From NCBI RefSeq assembly GCF_031769215.1, contig NW_026781994.1, forward strand, positions 186,001 through 250,000: 64,000 bases of DNA, in the 5' to 3' direction. The position numbers and the translations under genes were made by a program. The notes beneath the pieces were generated by a model. It worked only from the letters and a program-made list of their open reading frames with translations. It ran no database searches and had not been told where the DNA came from. This document shows positions 37,141 to 52,830 of this stretch, piece by piece; the first letter of the stretch is position 1; every line of letters begins with the position of its first letter. This stretch comes from Ylistrum balloti. Lineage: Eukaryota.

Positions 37141-39203
37141 CGCGCTCCAATTTCAAGTTGTCCACAGTATACTATTCACTTGTCGTTTTGACTGATAATG
37201 ATGCCCAATCAATTGAACTCTTCAAATTCATATTCATTTTTTTTTCAAATTCAGCTTCATGGTTGATCAATATTTGCTTCTGTAAAATATTTTGTTTAAA
37301 TACATCGTATATGGCACGAACATTAATTACATAATGATCACTAGAAGTAGGAGGAGTTAAAACAGTATTTTTGAATGGGTTTAATTATATATCATTCACT
37401 ATTCATATTTGCATTCTATATAACCAGGATATATTTATCACATAATGCCCATGTTATCCAGTGAATACGTCCTTGTATTTTTCCGATTATGCAACTTGTG
37501 TGATATACCATGAAACGTTTTCCGTAGACTGCGCCATTTACAAATCAATTTTTAAATAGGTGTATCTTATTACGAAACAACTCCATGGTATCCAGAATTG
37601 TTATGACTTTCATATAATTATACAAAAGACCTACACTTAAATAGGACTTTTCAATACAAATAGAAATAGAGGGAATTAGATACAGTATGCACAGTACACT
37701 AACGCATACTGCTGATTCGTCAATGATACAATTTTTGTATATTGTTGAATCCTTAGAGGCGACTTAAGTTAATTAGATGATAGAAATGAACAGCGAGGTG
37801 CACTTATTCCAAGCATTGTACTTCAGTATATCTCATTTTCAGTATTGCAAGATTGAAAAAAGTTAAATAGATGAAATACATGTACTGTATACTTTACAAA
37901 TTCACATTCCATATGAATTACCTTCCAGAAGAAGTAAGAAGTCACTTTCAAAAATTAGATTTGGACGAAATAGATTTTCGTACATCTCAGTCAGATTATT
38001 AGTGATTAAAGAAAATATAATCACGTATATCCTTTCTGACAAAATATCATACATACGAAATAAGGTACAACTTGTATAATTTGTTTTGAAGTATTATCTA
38101 AATTAGTAGGTGTACATGTATTAATTTTCAATTTTAAATTTTTAATTCACTACTAGACCGCAGTTACAATAGATATTAAACATAACAGTATAATACAACC
38201 AAAAATGAGTTTGGTAATTACTAAAAAAATGAATGTTTATTTTATACTCCCAAACTAATAAGTTGGTAAAATAGGCTAACAGAAGGGTTCTAATTCTCTA
38301 CACACATCATTCACACTGTAATTTACTCGAACGTACAACATGGGTACAAATATGCATAAATTATAAAATCTAATTCATTTCAGGTAATGGACAATTACCT
38401 TTTATTGATAAAGACACACACAACTTTTTAAAGGAAACTTTCACCATTATTTGTTTTCGTTTCAGGACAAATATCTGTTAATAAAGGCAATGAACATCTA
38501 AGCACATACACATCACATTTATCTCCGTTTTGTAACAAATTGTGTATATACACGATGGTGCGTTTCCTTCACAAGGGAGATAACTTTTACATTCATTCGG
38601 CCTCTTTAACGGAAGTGAATACTCTCTGATAAGGACTACGTTACCATGTGCGGTGTACACGGATTTGGTTGCTGCTAAATCTCCTGACTAAGGTTTGTTG
38701 AGAAATCGATTGTGATGTCATGATATGGACAATACGAAATTAATTGATGATGGCACAACACATCTTTACTTTAAATCCTATAGTGATCTTGCTTTTAGAG
38801 TGTTTTGATCAGGAGTTATTGATTTCTTTTCTGTCAGTTGAGGTTTTCTGAAACTCGCCAAGCCTCACAAGAAAATAAATTAAAATCGTTTCATAAAGTG
38901 TAACATGAAATGAAAACTCATTTAACTTCTTGTTTATATTAAATAGAGTCTTCCTGAATTTTATTTATTTTAAATTTAGTCAAATGAGTCTAACAAAAGG
39001 CGTTAAAGAATCTTATCCTTTACTATCACATTTGAATAAATACACTTGAATAAGATTACATCTAGCAGTACTGGCACTGATTTTGCAATCTTCTGTTGTA
39101 AAACTATTTTATTGACTCGTGTTGTTTTCTATGTTCTATTGCTTCGACAAAAGACATGTGTAAACACTCATACCTTAAACAATTTAAACTTTCATGTCGT
39201 ATT

Positions 39204-42200
39204 TTATTCGATATTAAAGATTAAAAGCCTCTCTTCAAATCTTTGAAAAAGCTGCTCGTTTGTATTTTGTTTTGGCTGCGATAAATAATTTTCATTTTCA
39301 ACTTCTGGTTTTCGGTTTTCTCGATGTTTAGATCTTGAAGCTGAAAAACAATAAATATTATCTATAAGGTCACACATGCATTCAAACTTAACTTTGATTA
39401 AACAAAACATGCATGGATTCCTCACAAAATTATCTAAATGCTTATGTTTAACTAACCTTGCTGCTATTGATCTGTGTACAAAAATTTCTTAAAGACACAA
39501 CAGAGTTAACACAATCAACTTGTCGTTCATGTGTTACGATGTCAACTGCAGGATTTGTTTGAGATAAAGCGCATCTCAATCACAAATTCATTCAAGTTGT
39601 ATGTTCACATAGGACTATTGTATTAGGAACGCCACTGATTTGCCTTAACATTATTAACTTAATATTTCTAAGTTTTTCCAACCTACCTGCAAATTTCCGA
39701 TGTAAAACATAAACGCCAATAGTAATAAATATGGCAACTGATGTTATTGTCAATATCGACACTGAGGCAATTACACGAAAGTCTTTGGAGTGTTCCTCAG
39801 TCCTATAGGAACTGTTGACTTCAGTAGCAAATTTCTCCTCTAAAATATATGCAAAAAGGATGATTAATACTTGAGCTAGTTTAATACTTAATTTGTTGGC
39901 AGGTTTAAGACATTTCCAGGGTTATAAATACGACATCACGAAATAATTGCCAATTACCCATTCTTGCAAAATTCTTTGAATTGCGTATACAGCAGAGAGT
40001 TATACCCTTGGCTGTCACATCATTCTGGTGTGGAGTATAATGTATATGTCTAGACAACTCAACAAATTAAATGCTGCGGTTGCTATATTTTCCGAATCAA
40101 ATATATTCAAATTTAAGTCTGTTTAGGCAATCGAAGAAACGATGTTGAAGCTAAATGTCAATCATTAGATGTAATGAATCCTTCAGTCCAGCAAAACCAT
40201 TTGATTCTGTAATATTAAGATCATGAACAAAAATTAAATTATGATCAATTTGACCACTTTTTGAGCCGTTCGCGGTTCTCTATAGCAATTAGCCCCATAT
40301 CATAGCTTGAACTAATTAATAGTGACAAGCTTGGTTTGAGTACTTCAATACTAAAGAAAATTTGCCACAATTCTTGAAATAACATTCAGTGAAAATAATG
40401 TTATCAGTCCAGTGTTGGGCTCCAGACATATGTAAAGTCGAGTTTAACATATAGATAGTAATTTCTATTTTCTTTTTAAATTATTTGGTAATTATATGCG
40501 TCTTATTTCAATGCACCCCCGAATCGCATTCTTCGGAAAGGTGAATGTAAAACACTTGCCAGATGAAATGATGGGCGGAATTGAAAATGGCTGCGATCTA
40601 CTCCAGGCAATTGGAATCCGTCCAAGACAATGCACCTGTTGATAAAAAAGGTTTCCTTGTAGTTTTTAGATGCGTCTCTGCGTATATCGTTCTTTTTTCA
40701 TATTTTGCCCTAGTTTTGTTGAATATGAGTTTGGATTAGAAGTAAGTTCACATGTTGGTATTTCTTGCTGTTTTTGAAATATTTACCTCCACAAAGTACT
40801 CGCCTCTCCTGATTCTGTTGAATGTATGTGTATATGATGTAACTGTCCCCGGTATCTATAGCACAAAGAGAATGTTGAAATAGTTAACTGCAAACATGGA
40901 AAATTCTGTTACATCGTTCGTGGATGCTACTACTACTGTTTATAACAGCTGTGTACAAAAAAGGTAAGCCCTTAAACGAGCTTTGGCGAGCAAACTTAAA
41001 GATGATTTTCATAAAAAGTAATTTGAAATAAAAGCAAATTTTAAACGCATTTTATCATATAACTGAGGAATGTTAAATTTTGGCAGGATTTAAAGTAAAA
41101 TAAGGCAGAACTAAACCAAACGGAGGCAACCTATTTTTGCACTATTTTCAGTTCATAACAAAACGACATTACCAGTGTTATGGCAATCGACTTCTGAATA
41201 CGACATCCATTGAAAAGCGATTCAGAATATACAACAGAAGTGATTGGTTTTTTTTTTTTTTTTAAATATTACTTGGATGAATTTACTAGATGTGATGAAA
41301 TGTTATATGTGTAACAATATTCGCTAATTAGCCTATTTAACGAAAGAGAATCTGTACCTACGTCATATTTTTGTATTGGGTTCAATACATCATATGATGC
41401 TGGGTACTCGTACAAATGAATGCTATAGTTTGTGTTGCCTGCCGATAGTTGGTGAGGAAGAGGCTCAAAAACTACTTGGACAGTTTCATCAGCCAGGTGA
41501 ACCCCAATCGCCGGCTTCCATCCTGGACTTAATTTAGCACTCTTTGAAACTGAAATTAAAATGTGCATTAAAGACTTAAAGAGAATTACCATACACGTGA
41601 AATCGCCTTGTTTTCTGTGTGACATTTTATGGATTTCATATTATGATACTATGTTAAATGATATTCTATTCATCATTTTATTTCTTAATTATTCATATTT
41701 TATTAATTTATTAATTTATACAAAGGGTTTGTATGAAAAGGTAAAGCCTTAGGTTTTTCAATATAACTTTTACATGATAAGTTTTTCAATATAACTTTTA
41801 CATGATAATAGTAAACAATAATTTGGTATTTGGCTTTAAAGTGTTTTTATTCTGAACTTTTATTCAGTAATAACAATAAATATCTCTTTGTCAAAGTGGT
41901 TACCAAACAGTATAATTTCTTTCTAGACAAGTACCAATAATAGTTTCCTAAGTTACACGAAGTGCAATAATGCCAATATGAATTTAATAACACTTTATCT
42001 TAATTTGTTTTAACGCTGTTATAATGTTTTGTTTAAACTAATTATACCTTTGAGATCATAGTCAAATATTCTCAACACCACATGATATTATACAAGATTT
42101 CAAACTATAGTGTATTTAAGATTATTATAATATTGTTAGACCATGTTTTTAACATTACATTTTCGTATACCAATAGTAAGTTAAAAGTCATTTTATCAGG

Positions 42201-45200
42201 AAATGACCGATTCCGGTTATAAAAATGGGAGCCTATTTTGCAAAACCAAACAAAACTGGGTCCTTCTTATTACCAAATACAGTTAATATATTTGCTGTAA
42301 CGTATACTTCCCATAACTTCAACAAATACTAACGCAAACTCTTATCTCGAAAAATATATATATATCAATGTAAAACATATCAGAAGTACAATTATATCTT
42401 TGAATTATGCTTTCATTGGTAGAAGTCTGATTACTCTTACTACCTCTAAAATACAAAGTCCTTATGAAGCTTACTATTATAAACTGTAATGAAATAAGTC
42501 AGCACAGAGTGTTCTGGGGATAGCGGGGCGAGGATAAGGACGTACAAAAAACAGCCATGAAGATTGCAACTCGTCTGACAAGGTTCAAATCCTCTATATG
42601 ATAACTTTATATCGACTTTCTTCTGCAACAGAATACTGAGAATTAACAACAATGTATAATTGACCTTTTTCATTAAACCATGACCGTTAAAAATATTTAT
42701 GTGTGAAATCTTGAAGGCACTTTAATTATACCGAAGCGTATGTGCTCTTAAGTATGCAGTGCTCGTACTAATAGTGAATCGACAAGATACTTAACAATAA
42801 ATATGACGAGATGGCGTAACGTAACAATTAGAGCGAAAGCAGTTAGAATTGATGATTAACATCAGACAACTCCTGTCAAGTGCGTCTGCAAAATCACCAG
42901 TTCGACCTGTTTTTGCTAAATAATTAGTCCATCCATCACATAACACACCTCGGTCCCCATGACAAATGATGCCATTCCAAAGCATCCATTTCGGACAAAC
43001 AGGAAGAATTAGATACCGCAAATTTATATAATAGATTTAGTTGCAATATACAGCTCTTTCGTGTTTCTAAGTCTTGCAGTGATGATAAATGCTTAGTCTA
43101 ATGAATGCTAGGAGGCGATTGAGAACAATCTAAATTTATGAAAATAACTGTCAAAAAACCACATAGAGATATATCCCGAACTTCTGTACCTTGATAATCA
43201 GAGAAAGCGAATGAAAAAGATATAAGAATTGCGCAAGATAAATGGCAAAACCCTGATAGGGAGGTGTTCTTATCCAATATATTAGATCACTTCACAAAAC
43301 CGTAAAAAGTAAACAACCTGCGTGTGTTTTTGGGAACAGTGCCCATATTCCCATAAATTAAAATGTGACATACAGATTCATTTTACTAGACTACCAAGGT
43401 CTCAATATTGATAACCTAAATTCTTAGGTGGAATTTTACAACGTATGCAAATTAATGAACGAATCAGCCTGACTTAACAAGTTTCAAAATAAATAAATAT
43501 ATTTGAATCTTCGACAAGCCCACCTTCATCGTTTTATATTCTACCTACCTTATCATTAGTAATAACAAAGCAAAGTGTTTCAATTGCATGAATTCGTGTT
43601 TTCAATATCTTTGCGAATTTACTTAGACTCTTGAATTATTTATGTATAAAGTCCATATTACCAATAATCGTAAAACTATAAACAAAGTGATATCAACAAT
43701 TTGTATTTTCACTTGCACTTATAAACACTTATCTTTTTTTATCAGTACATACGCCTATACCTTACAAATAGCATATCTATTAAAAACAAATAATAAATAC
43801 ATGTACAATTATCATAACCTATTTATTCTTTAATTGTGGCCTATATAATCGTTTTCGTGATATTACGCTCAGCACAGCACCCACAAACACTCTTACACTC
43901 ACAAACACATACAAGATCAATCAATACTTTTTTATGATAGGGTCATTCATTCAGAGTACAAAACATAAGACAAAAAAAAAAAAAAAACTCAAACAAACAA
44001 ATAAACAATGATTTCTTTTTATGCCGGGGTATTTAATTAAGACCTTTAAATAAGAAATGCAATGGCTATGAATGAGTTACCTGTAGCGGGTTCTGTTTCA
44101 CTGACTTGAAGTGTACAATTCTTTGATCTGATAGCCAATAATAATATGGATCTCCTTTCATAGTTTCATTAGCAACGCTGGTCATATTCACTATCCAGAA
44201 GGCACCTAAACATAGAAAAAAACAGCAGTTATTTCAACGAGATATTCGACTTATTGAGGTATTAGTATCTCATAAGCAAATTATATTTACATGTGCAGTA
44301 TTCCAATAGCCGCCTCTCAAGTCAATCATTTCCGAAGTCTGTTTTGTTATTACTTTCAACCTTCGGAAAATGCTTTGTCCCTACCTGCGCGTGTAAAAGT
44401 ACATAATTCAAGATTATGTTTTTTTTTTTTTTAATTTATAACTTCAATTTATCATAAATCGACAGATTGGCGACATTCTTACGTAATACTGTCCTTCCAC
44501 ACGAATATGAATGAATTTTGATTGGATAGGCCTTTGAGGTATAGGGCACATAGTAAAGTCACATGACTGGATTGATTCGAAAAAACGGTTTTTGATCCAA
44601 CTCGAAAGGGAGGCATTACAGTATAAGGCGGCCGGTGTTCTCGTGAGACAATAATTGCAATTTTCAGCGCGTTGTGAAATATCGAATACCGTTCAATGTT
44701 TCAGCTGTTCCCATAATTGGATTTACTCCATCGTATAAGTTTTTTACGCTCAGTATAACTCAATACAAAATTCATATTCCCCAAATGTAAATATGAACAT
44801 TAACAATTATCAAAACAAACCTAAATGCATCTATTTCCTTCATTTAATCTTATATCGAAATAATAAAATTTTGTCTTTATGTTATGGAGATTTGCCGAAA
44901 ACTAAAGTAAGTGTAAGAGAGGACAGATTGAAAGCCCAGCAGTGCTGAGATCGTTCCTCTCTCACACATATTGTACAGTTTGAGACTTATCACTAACTTA
45001 AAACATATATCTCCTTGTATTAATATAGAATACATTGATTTTTAATAGAAAAATATTTATTATTGCTGTCCTTTTATAATTCGATGACAGCTCCACCTAC
45101 ATTTGTTCAACAACATCAACGTTATACATCACATATAACAGCCAAACACAACAGCATACCGGTAAAGTCATTACCTTAAGCTTGTGAATTATGACGAATA

Positions 45201-48200
45201 ATAATGATATCATGAAGTCAACAAAGCATGCTTTTGGCTGGCTTAGTTCACGTTTGTAAATATATTTTCACTGTGCCCTCTGTCAGTGAAGCAGGACATT
45301 CCTTCTTCAGTCAATGTCAGAGTTGTCAGTGTTGTTTTATCATAATACATCACCACATATTCACCGAAACAGTAAGTTTGGATGTGGTCACAATAAAGCA
45401 AAAGAAATTTTATTTCTCCATGTAAAGGTATTCCTATATCAATTGAAATTCAGTAATGTGTCACTATTATACGTTCCTCTTGTAGATTCGTGAAAAGATT
45501 TGTAACCTATTGAACACGGTGTTATATTCAAATAAACAAGAGTATCATTGGAATATTTAAGTATGTGCTTTATATCGGATGTTATACGCTTTCTATTGGG
45601 AAATGTCTCTGTCACCACCCTAGAATTTAATAAGGAAAAGTGCACTAAACCAAATTATATTTCAATTAACATCAGGTAGTAACTTCATTATCTTCAAAAC
45701 AGTTAAAGTTATTTGGAAAAAGATGAAAAATCCCCAACTACAGACAACGGAGAGCTCAGCTGTTAACATGAATACTGAAAGCGTGCCCTTATCTTGAAAA
45801 TTATGGAAACTGTCACCCTGTGAATGATGTGAAAATCTTTGTACACATATGTATGATTTTCGTGGTGCCTTTTGTTTCAGCTGGCACACTACATACTTGT
45901 GTGTTCATTAGTTATGCTTTCATTTTGACAATTTCAAATTTAATTTTACCTGCTATTTTGAAGCAAGACTGTCTACTGGTATACACGTACTTTTTACATC
46001 CATATTAGGCCAATAGAGAGACCAAGCAATGTCAAATTACATTGTACATCATTCTCGGTTGTAGTACAAAAAGAACAAAGGATTACAACTGTGTTTAAAC
46101 TGGTAAAGAAACGTACTTATGTTCGTCGCGTTGTATGAAATAACAATAGTGAGCACAGGAACTGTAGTAGCTCCATCTTTCTTGAGACTAGAAGACAACA
46201 TGGACACGTATGGCAGTTCTTTAACGAAGTCCGTATCTCCTTTCCTCTTCTTCTCTAAAATATTACATTTCTCCCATTCTAAAATATCACAAAAACAAAA
46301 AGTTCAATAATAACGTTAATAATGCAAACAATTCCAATATTTCAAAACAAGTTATGTGATGTTTTGTTTTTGAAAGGTCAGATGGCAGAAGAGAATTTAT
46401 AAAACAAGAAAATAAAACCATGTCGCTGCTGCAAATATCTTAATCGCTACAGAGCTCAAAATATGTATTATATGAATTATGCGTTTTCCCTTATTTCTAT
46501 CATTTTTTCGTTAGTGGCAAGGGTTCTTACTTATCTTTAAGGTGGAATTTGTTTCCAATATTTTTTTCACTGAAAGACAATAGAATGGTTCACGAATTAT
46601 ATGCAAAAATGTATGCTAATTTGATTTGACAAGTGCAACTCTCCATCGCAATCAAAAATGTCATTTTTGCAAGATTGCTTAAATCTTTTATTTTGTACTT
46701 TGACAAAACAATGTTTTGGCTTAGTAATCATATCTAAGATAGAAGGATTTCAATGTTCCTAATGTTGTAATTTTCATCCGAATGTCATTTGTTTTCAAAA
46801 ATCATTTAGCACACAAAAATATTTTATTTTTCAGTCATTAAATTAAAAAAAAAAGTAAAACTCTAGAGAAAATATTCTAACAACGGGAAAACATTGAAAT
46901 TGCCGACGCTAAAAACCAAAATGTAGAACACAAGGAAAACAGAGGGGCCACATACTCTCGCACATCTGTGATCAAGTGTGAAACAAAGCGTAGTCGAATT
47001 GACCATACCGCATTGTTATCTGTTGTAGGTTTTGGTCTATAATCTGTTTACCATCTCGTCACACTATTTACGACCTTAGATTAGAGTGCAACTGAACAAA
47101 GTTGGTCGATTTCGTACCATCTCGTACACTACGTACATCAGTGATTGTACACTCCACAGTGTTCATTTCTCTGATTACGGTGACCGTGTAATCATCGAAA
47201 TGTCACACTCTAATCTTCTACTGTTTGTGTTATAAGAACTTCTATTCTTATGGCAGTATAATATAAGATATTTGAAAACCGGGATCAGACATCAACAAGT
47301 TCAAAGTACTTTTACTAGTTATATGCTCCTGTCACAGTGCACTTTGTCTTATTTGGAATGAATCTTGCCATATATCATTTGTATACCTCGTTTATTGCTT
47401 TCCATGCAGTATGGTGGCGGCTTAAAGGAAGCAGGAGTCTGAAATGTAGAATAAATCTACATAGTATACCATTTTCAATTTGTAATTTATCTGCATCAAA
47501 CAGGTTATAAAAAACTTGGTTACACCATCACAAGCACAAACCATTTTAAATATTTTTTTAATACGCCTGATGGGTTTGCTGTTTATGTACTCTCTAGTTA
47601 TACAGAGGTCACGATATCCCTGTCGGTAGAGCTTTTGCCTACGTAAAAACCGGTGAAGATCCGCTGTGTGTGGTTCAACGCTCTCTGCCGATCGTCGCGA
47701 TAAGTGTTTCTCAGGATATGAATCGATTTATGCTGAAGTGGTCCGTCCTTGACAAACCACTTTTCACTTATTGTCCTGGCTGACATGCAGTGAACCGGTA
47801 GAATTTTTAGTCAGGTATGCACCAGCTAAAAATCCTGCCTATTAAGGATCCTAGTTGTTCATGGGTCGATAAACCTTAACAAACCCAGTTTTTAATGTGA
47901 TGCTTATGTATAAGAACACTACTGGCTGTTATGTTAAAAGAAACGAAACACAGAAAAAAGTATCGTTTGCAGAAAGCAGTCTGATAGCAACACTGTCTGA
48001 TTCAACAAGAGATGAAATTCTTTGATATAAAATTATGGGAATATAATTCGTCATTCTTATTTGAAAATAAATTAATTTGGAAGTGAAACTTTACATGTCT
48101 GTTAAGACATAAACAAAAGCTATCAGAGGAAAATAGCGATAAAAATAGCGGTATACCTAAAACCATGGAAACAACAGAACATATTAAACATGATAACTCA

Positions 48201-49307
48201 GCGAAGTGTCAAAGTGTGATTTGTGGTTCATAATTTGCTGTTGCTTTAACACAATTGCAGTCTATGCTTACTGTCCTTCCGAATCACCGTTTGCCCTTTT
48301 ATCCTCTGCTATTGCTGTATTGTTTCTTTATCTAAATGTTGCAAATTTTTTCTGCATTTAGATACAAGCATACTTTTGTTGTTGTTTCTATATCAAATAG
48401 AAACCAAAGGTAATCATACACTCCGATATTTATCAGTAACCAGAATAACCATGTCAAGGTTACTGAGAATTACGTAAACAAACAAGAAGAAAATACAAAC
48501 ATGTCAACATGACAAAAATCCGAACCCAATTTCAATAAAATTGGAGCAAAATAAAACCACTTTTAGACTAAAAAAATATCATCAGTTTTTTTCAACGGAT
48601 CTTAATCTATTCTGTTACTGGTTTATATTTGGGTATTACAGGATGGTAAAAAATGAAGGTATTTTGTGTGGTAAGTGTGTATCCACAGATGAGTGCACAC
48701 GTATTAAGTTCTCTGTCGACCTCGTTTTTTTATAATTTAGAATGTTGGACACACATGCTACTCTTACCAGAAGTGACATTCTTAAGAACAAAGGCTATGA
48801 AAGAGGATAACTACAAGGCTGGCCTGTGTTTTTGTTGATGGTTAACAAACAAAATGTACACTGATTTGATCATGTCCAAATCCTTCTTAACATGATGTAG
48901 ATAAATAGTTACCATATATACTGTATCACCCAAGTAGAATGAACAGACGGGTCTCGTAACTTCAATTCCGAAAAAAGTGAGGATTGCTTAGCCATGAACA
49001 TATCATTACAGATTTTAAAGAAAGTAATCACACAATGAGATATTTCTGTAAGACAAATGCATTTCAGTTCATTTAAATGTGGTAGTTTGAGGTGGAGTTC
49101 CTTAAACAAATATTTAGAGAACTAAGCACAATTTTTAACCTAAAACGGTTACAAGTGAAATGATAAATGACTTTAGCTTACCTGGCATTGCTTAGGTAGG
49201 CACGATATGTTCCTTCCAATAAAATCTCCTTGACACTCCACCGTCGTCCCAGTCGATGTGTTGAATAGCACAAACAAAACTTGAAGGATAGTGTATTGCA
49301 TTTTCAT
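39204..49307 (-). CDS. IL-17-receptor-like type I membrane protein, paralog B, about 411 aa, 10 coding exons, 45-aa tail, no SEFIR/TIR
   Basis: Exons 49307-49182, 47438-47387, 46278-46117, 44205-44081, 42622-42475, 41549-41362, 40855-40787, 40635-40560 (GC donor), 39839-39687 (TM: VIASVSILTITSVAIFITIGVYVL) and 39340-39204. Phases 0,1,1,0,1,0,0,1,1, identical to paralog A; open frame throughout. FnIII-like motifs VPVLTIVIS and WKPAIGVHLADETVQVVFEPLP...YSIHL. The family name is motif-based inference. Confidence 0.8.
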
Positions 49308-52300
49308 TTTACACTTCTATGGTGATATCCGTAGTGTTTTTTTGTATGACAAGCCGATGAAGATTTTGACTTTATATGTCCCCTTCTGAACAGTTCTCGG
49401 CTTGGGTATCATGTGATATTAAGGGCCCGTAGTGTAGACGATATCGCGTGATGCCATGACAATAGGAAGTACTGCAGTTTTTACAGATATAGAGCCTTAC
49501 ACTAGTTGTTTTGAGTTACTGACAACTGGCTTTCCATTCATCTTAGCTTAATAACGACGAAAGAAAACCATTTTTCATGTTGTCTTAGGGAGTGATAAAA
49601 AATTCGCATGTGTTATTACAGCAATTAAGGAATCATTTAATTATATCCCTGAAATAATTGACAACTAGTTGAACAAATGAAACTACAGTTTTAAACATAT
49701 CATTTACTCTCACCATCATGCATGCAATAAAAGGACACATTCCCTATCTAGAGTTACATAAATTGAATATTTCATAAACAGTTACAGGGTTCTCAGGTTT
49801 TGAGGAATATTTCCGCTCAGCATACATTATATCGCGAAAAAATGTTTGTTGCATTTTGAAATGCAGTCATTATACTTCATACTGGTTGTTATTATCCATC
49901 ATTTTAAGACTAAGAAATATAAAACCATGAACTTGTAGTGTCAGACTTTTGGTCATGTCATGAATGAATAACACTTGACTATTTTAAAACTTTCTGCTTC
50001 TTTTTGGATGCCTCTGTAACAAAATAAAGCAACATATTACCTCGCTTCCATAAATTCAAATAGAACATGAAAAGTTGGAGATGTCTGATGTTTAAGGAAA
50101 TGCACAGAAGGAAACTACGAAATTAGTCGTACGAATAGGTTGAATTAAGTCTAAACTTTACCTTTAGTAGGTATAAAAAATTATACATGTTACCTTTACC
50201 CTTAGAGAGAAACAATTGCAACAAACACCCATTATAAAATAGCTTTTTGCTTTCTTTGTACTTCAATATACTATCAAATGATAAATATTAATTCTAGATA
50301 CCTCTTCACGAATCCTTTTCATTAAAAATGCTTCATATTGTTGAAATAGCAATTGATTTCATCATTTATTGATTACATCTATTCCTAGTGAAAAATTATG
50401 CCACGCATGAATATTGTTATGGTATGTAGTTTTGGTCCATGATAAATAAGAGACCAACGAGGTGAAACTATAATAAAAGTTAAATAAAAGTCACACGAAT
50501 AGCAAGAAAATATCAACATGTATACATGATCATACCACAAACTCTGATTAAATAAAACTAGTGAAAATTATGAACATATACTTATAGATTTCTCAAAAAA
50601 AGCACAAAGAGAATAAGACCAGGTCTTCAGGAAGATTAAGCGTCTTCTGATTCATCGACAACGTCCACAAGCTTGAGTTAACAAAGACTTCAAGTGTATT
50701 TTCTTTTGACTAATTGACTTTCCACATATTGAAGTGTACATTATATAGAGCACTACATATAACATAGAAACGTGTTATTAACGGTCAATTAATATTACCG
50801 TTAAAGGTGTTTTTGAAGCTTTTTTTTTCTGTGCAAAACAGACAGCAAGTTTACTGGTCTAACGTTATAATATCTACCATGTACCGTTTCATATTTTCAG
50901 GCTCCACACGTTGCTTTATACCACAAACGCACTAAGGGCAGTGTTGCATGTCACTTTGCTGCTCATAAGTGCATATCCGCACCTTGTGACATGTGTATTT
51001 TTTTGTGTTTTCATCCCGGTTCTTCGATAGCTATGTTGAAATGAGTGATGTTAACTGAGATTAGATAATAGCACGAGAAATTAACTTTCATGAGTTACGG
51101 CTAGTTATGCATGAAACTACAACTTACTTTTCAATGATCGCTGGCTTGATTAGCTGTGCGGTTAACTATGATGACGGTACATGTGTATTGTTACTACAAA
51201 ATTCTGTCAATGTCTAGACATAACAAAAAATCGCACAGCACGGATACATCACGTCTTTAAATATATATATAGGATAAATTAAACGTATTTCTGTATGGAA
51301 TGTTTGTATATCAATAATATCATTGACGTCTTCGACGATGTTATGATGTTTAAAGCACTGAATGTTTGCACCCGAATATACACAACAATACACATAGTAT
51401 TAGGTTTGTATTGCATTGTAGACAATGTAAAGTGCTTACATTCTTTCTATAATCACGTAGTTCATAAAAAGGTAATATGTCGAAATTACACCATTGTTGG
51501 CATTTTTGTGTCATTTCAGTGAAATTTGGGAATATAAAAATCAGAAGAATGTACAGCTTTTTCGTTCCCATTTTAAGGTATGCACAAAATTATCGATAAT
51601 GTTGAGCACTGGTGATATCACGTGTGGTCTCACGTTACAGTCTCGGTACTTGCTAAGTGTGGACTTTTTATACATCCGTAATTGTCATGCATGTTGTAAC
51701 CAAGGGCCATCAATACGGTTAAAAAAGATCGTCAAAATAACGCGAGTTTCGTGCGTTTTAAGGTAGAACAGCATTAATAACCGACTTGCGAATATTTACA
51801 CATATATTTTGAAAATGAAGTACTCTTTGATATTCGTGAAGGATATTCTAGAACATAAAGCTGTTGTTAGAAAAATCTCCCTTCATATCAGAATCATAGA
51901 ACGCATCTAAGCTATTTTCGTTCAAACTTATTAACTAATATCTATAAAACTGCTAGGAAAACGCATCATGTCGCTGATCCGACTGCACTACGGACTATTT
52001 TACATTAAGACTCTTTGGGAAACAAAATATGTACCAACGAATTATTTCAAAAAAATATTTTGGTGCATCGAATCAAAAAGAAAACAACATAACACGGAGA
52101 TTAGCTTATTGTAACGCAATCTTAATAGAGATATATGCAATAGTTAGGCAAAACATACAGCAATTCAAAATTTCAGAAATGTGATGAAGTGTTCACCTAA
52201 AGTAATACAGTATACCATTCATATTATATCATGAAACTAACCCAATGTTTGCTTTTTGGACACTTATTTTATTTATAAATGAAATCGCACTCGATTACAG

Positions 52301-52569
52301 ACGTACAGGTTTACGCACTTAATTTTCATAAAGATGTTTAATATACATGCACAACAACTAGCTTGAAGAACAATGTATTAACACGCGAAACAGATTGCAC
52401 TGTGGCGTTTTTAATGACTAAGAATTCAAAAAAATTGTAATGTTTTCATGTTTCTCTGTCTCAGCATTTCTTTGGTCGTCCGCTGCAGCTTAAAACAACA
52501 CGTCTATGGCAAAAATGAACAAAAATAAGATTTACACGGGGACTCCTGAAAAAAATGCAGGGTTTATAA

Positions 52570-52830
52570 GTCAAGGCGTTCCGGAAGATTAAGCGTTCTT
52601 TATTTGATCGACAATACGCCCCATGTAAAACTTTGTCAATCTAAATCAGTATCGTCACGCTCTCAAACAAGCAACCAATCAAGCATCAAACACGAACAGA
52701 TTCTTATTGCACAAAAAAATAGAATATTTCTCAATGAGATCGCTATGACAAGTTTAAAGCTTCCCCACATTTTCCATCAAACTGCATCTCTTGAAACCCT
52801 TGATTATTGGGAACGGAAAAAATTACAATT
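52570..52830 (-). mobile_element. Penelope-like (Naiad-type) 3' fragment plus 3' motif
   Basis: Minus strand QGFKRCSLMENVGKL..HSDLIEKY, then the reverse complement of the 3' motif (gttccggaagattaagcgtt...gatcgacaatacgccccatgtaa on plus). Confidence 0.65.

Noticed and set aside
48909-49109. ORF as exon 2 of paralog B
   Set aside because: No homology to paralog A beyond EISHC; the 52-nt and 162-nt exons downstream match paralog A in phase and motif.
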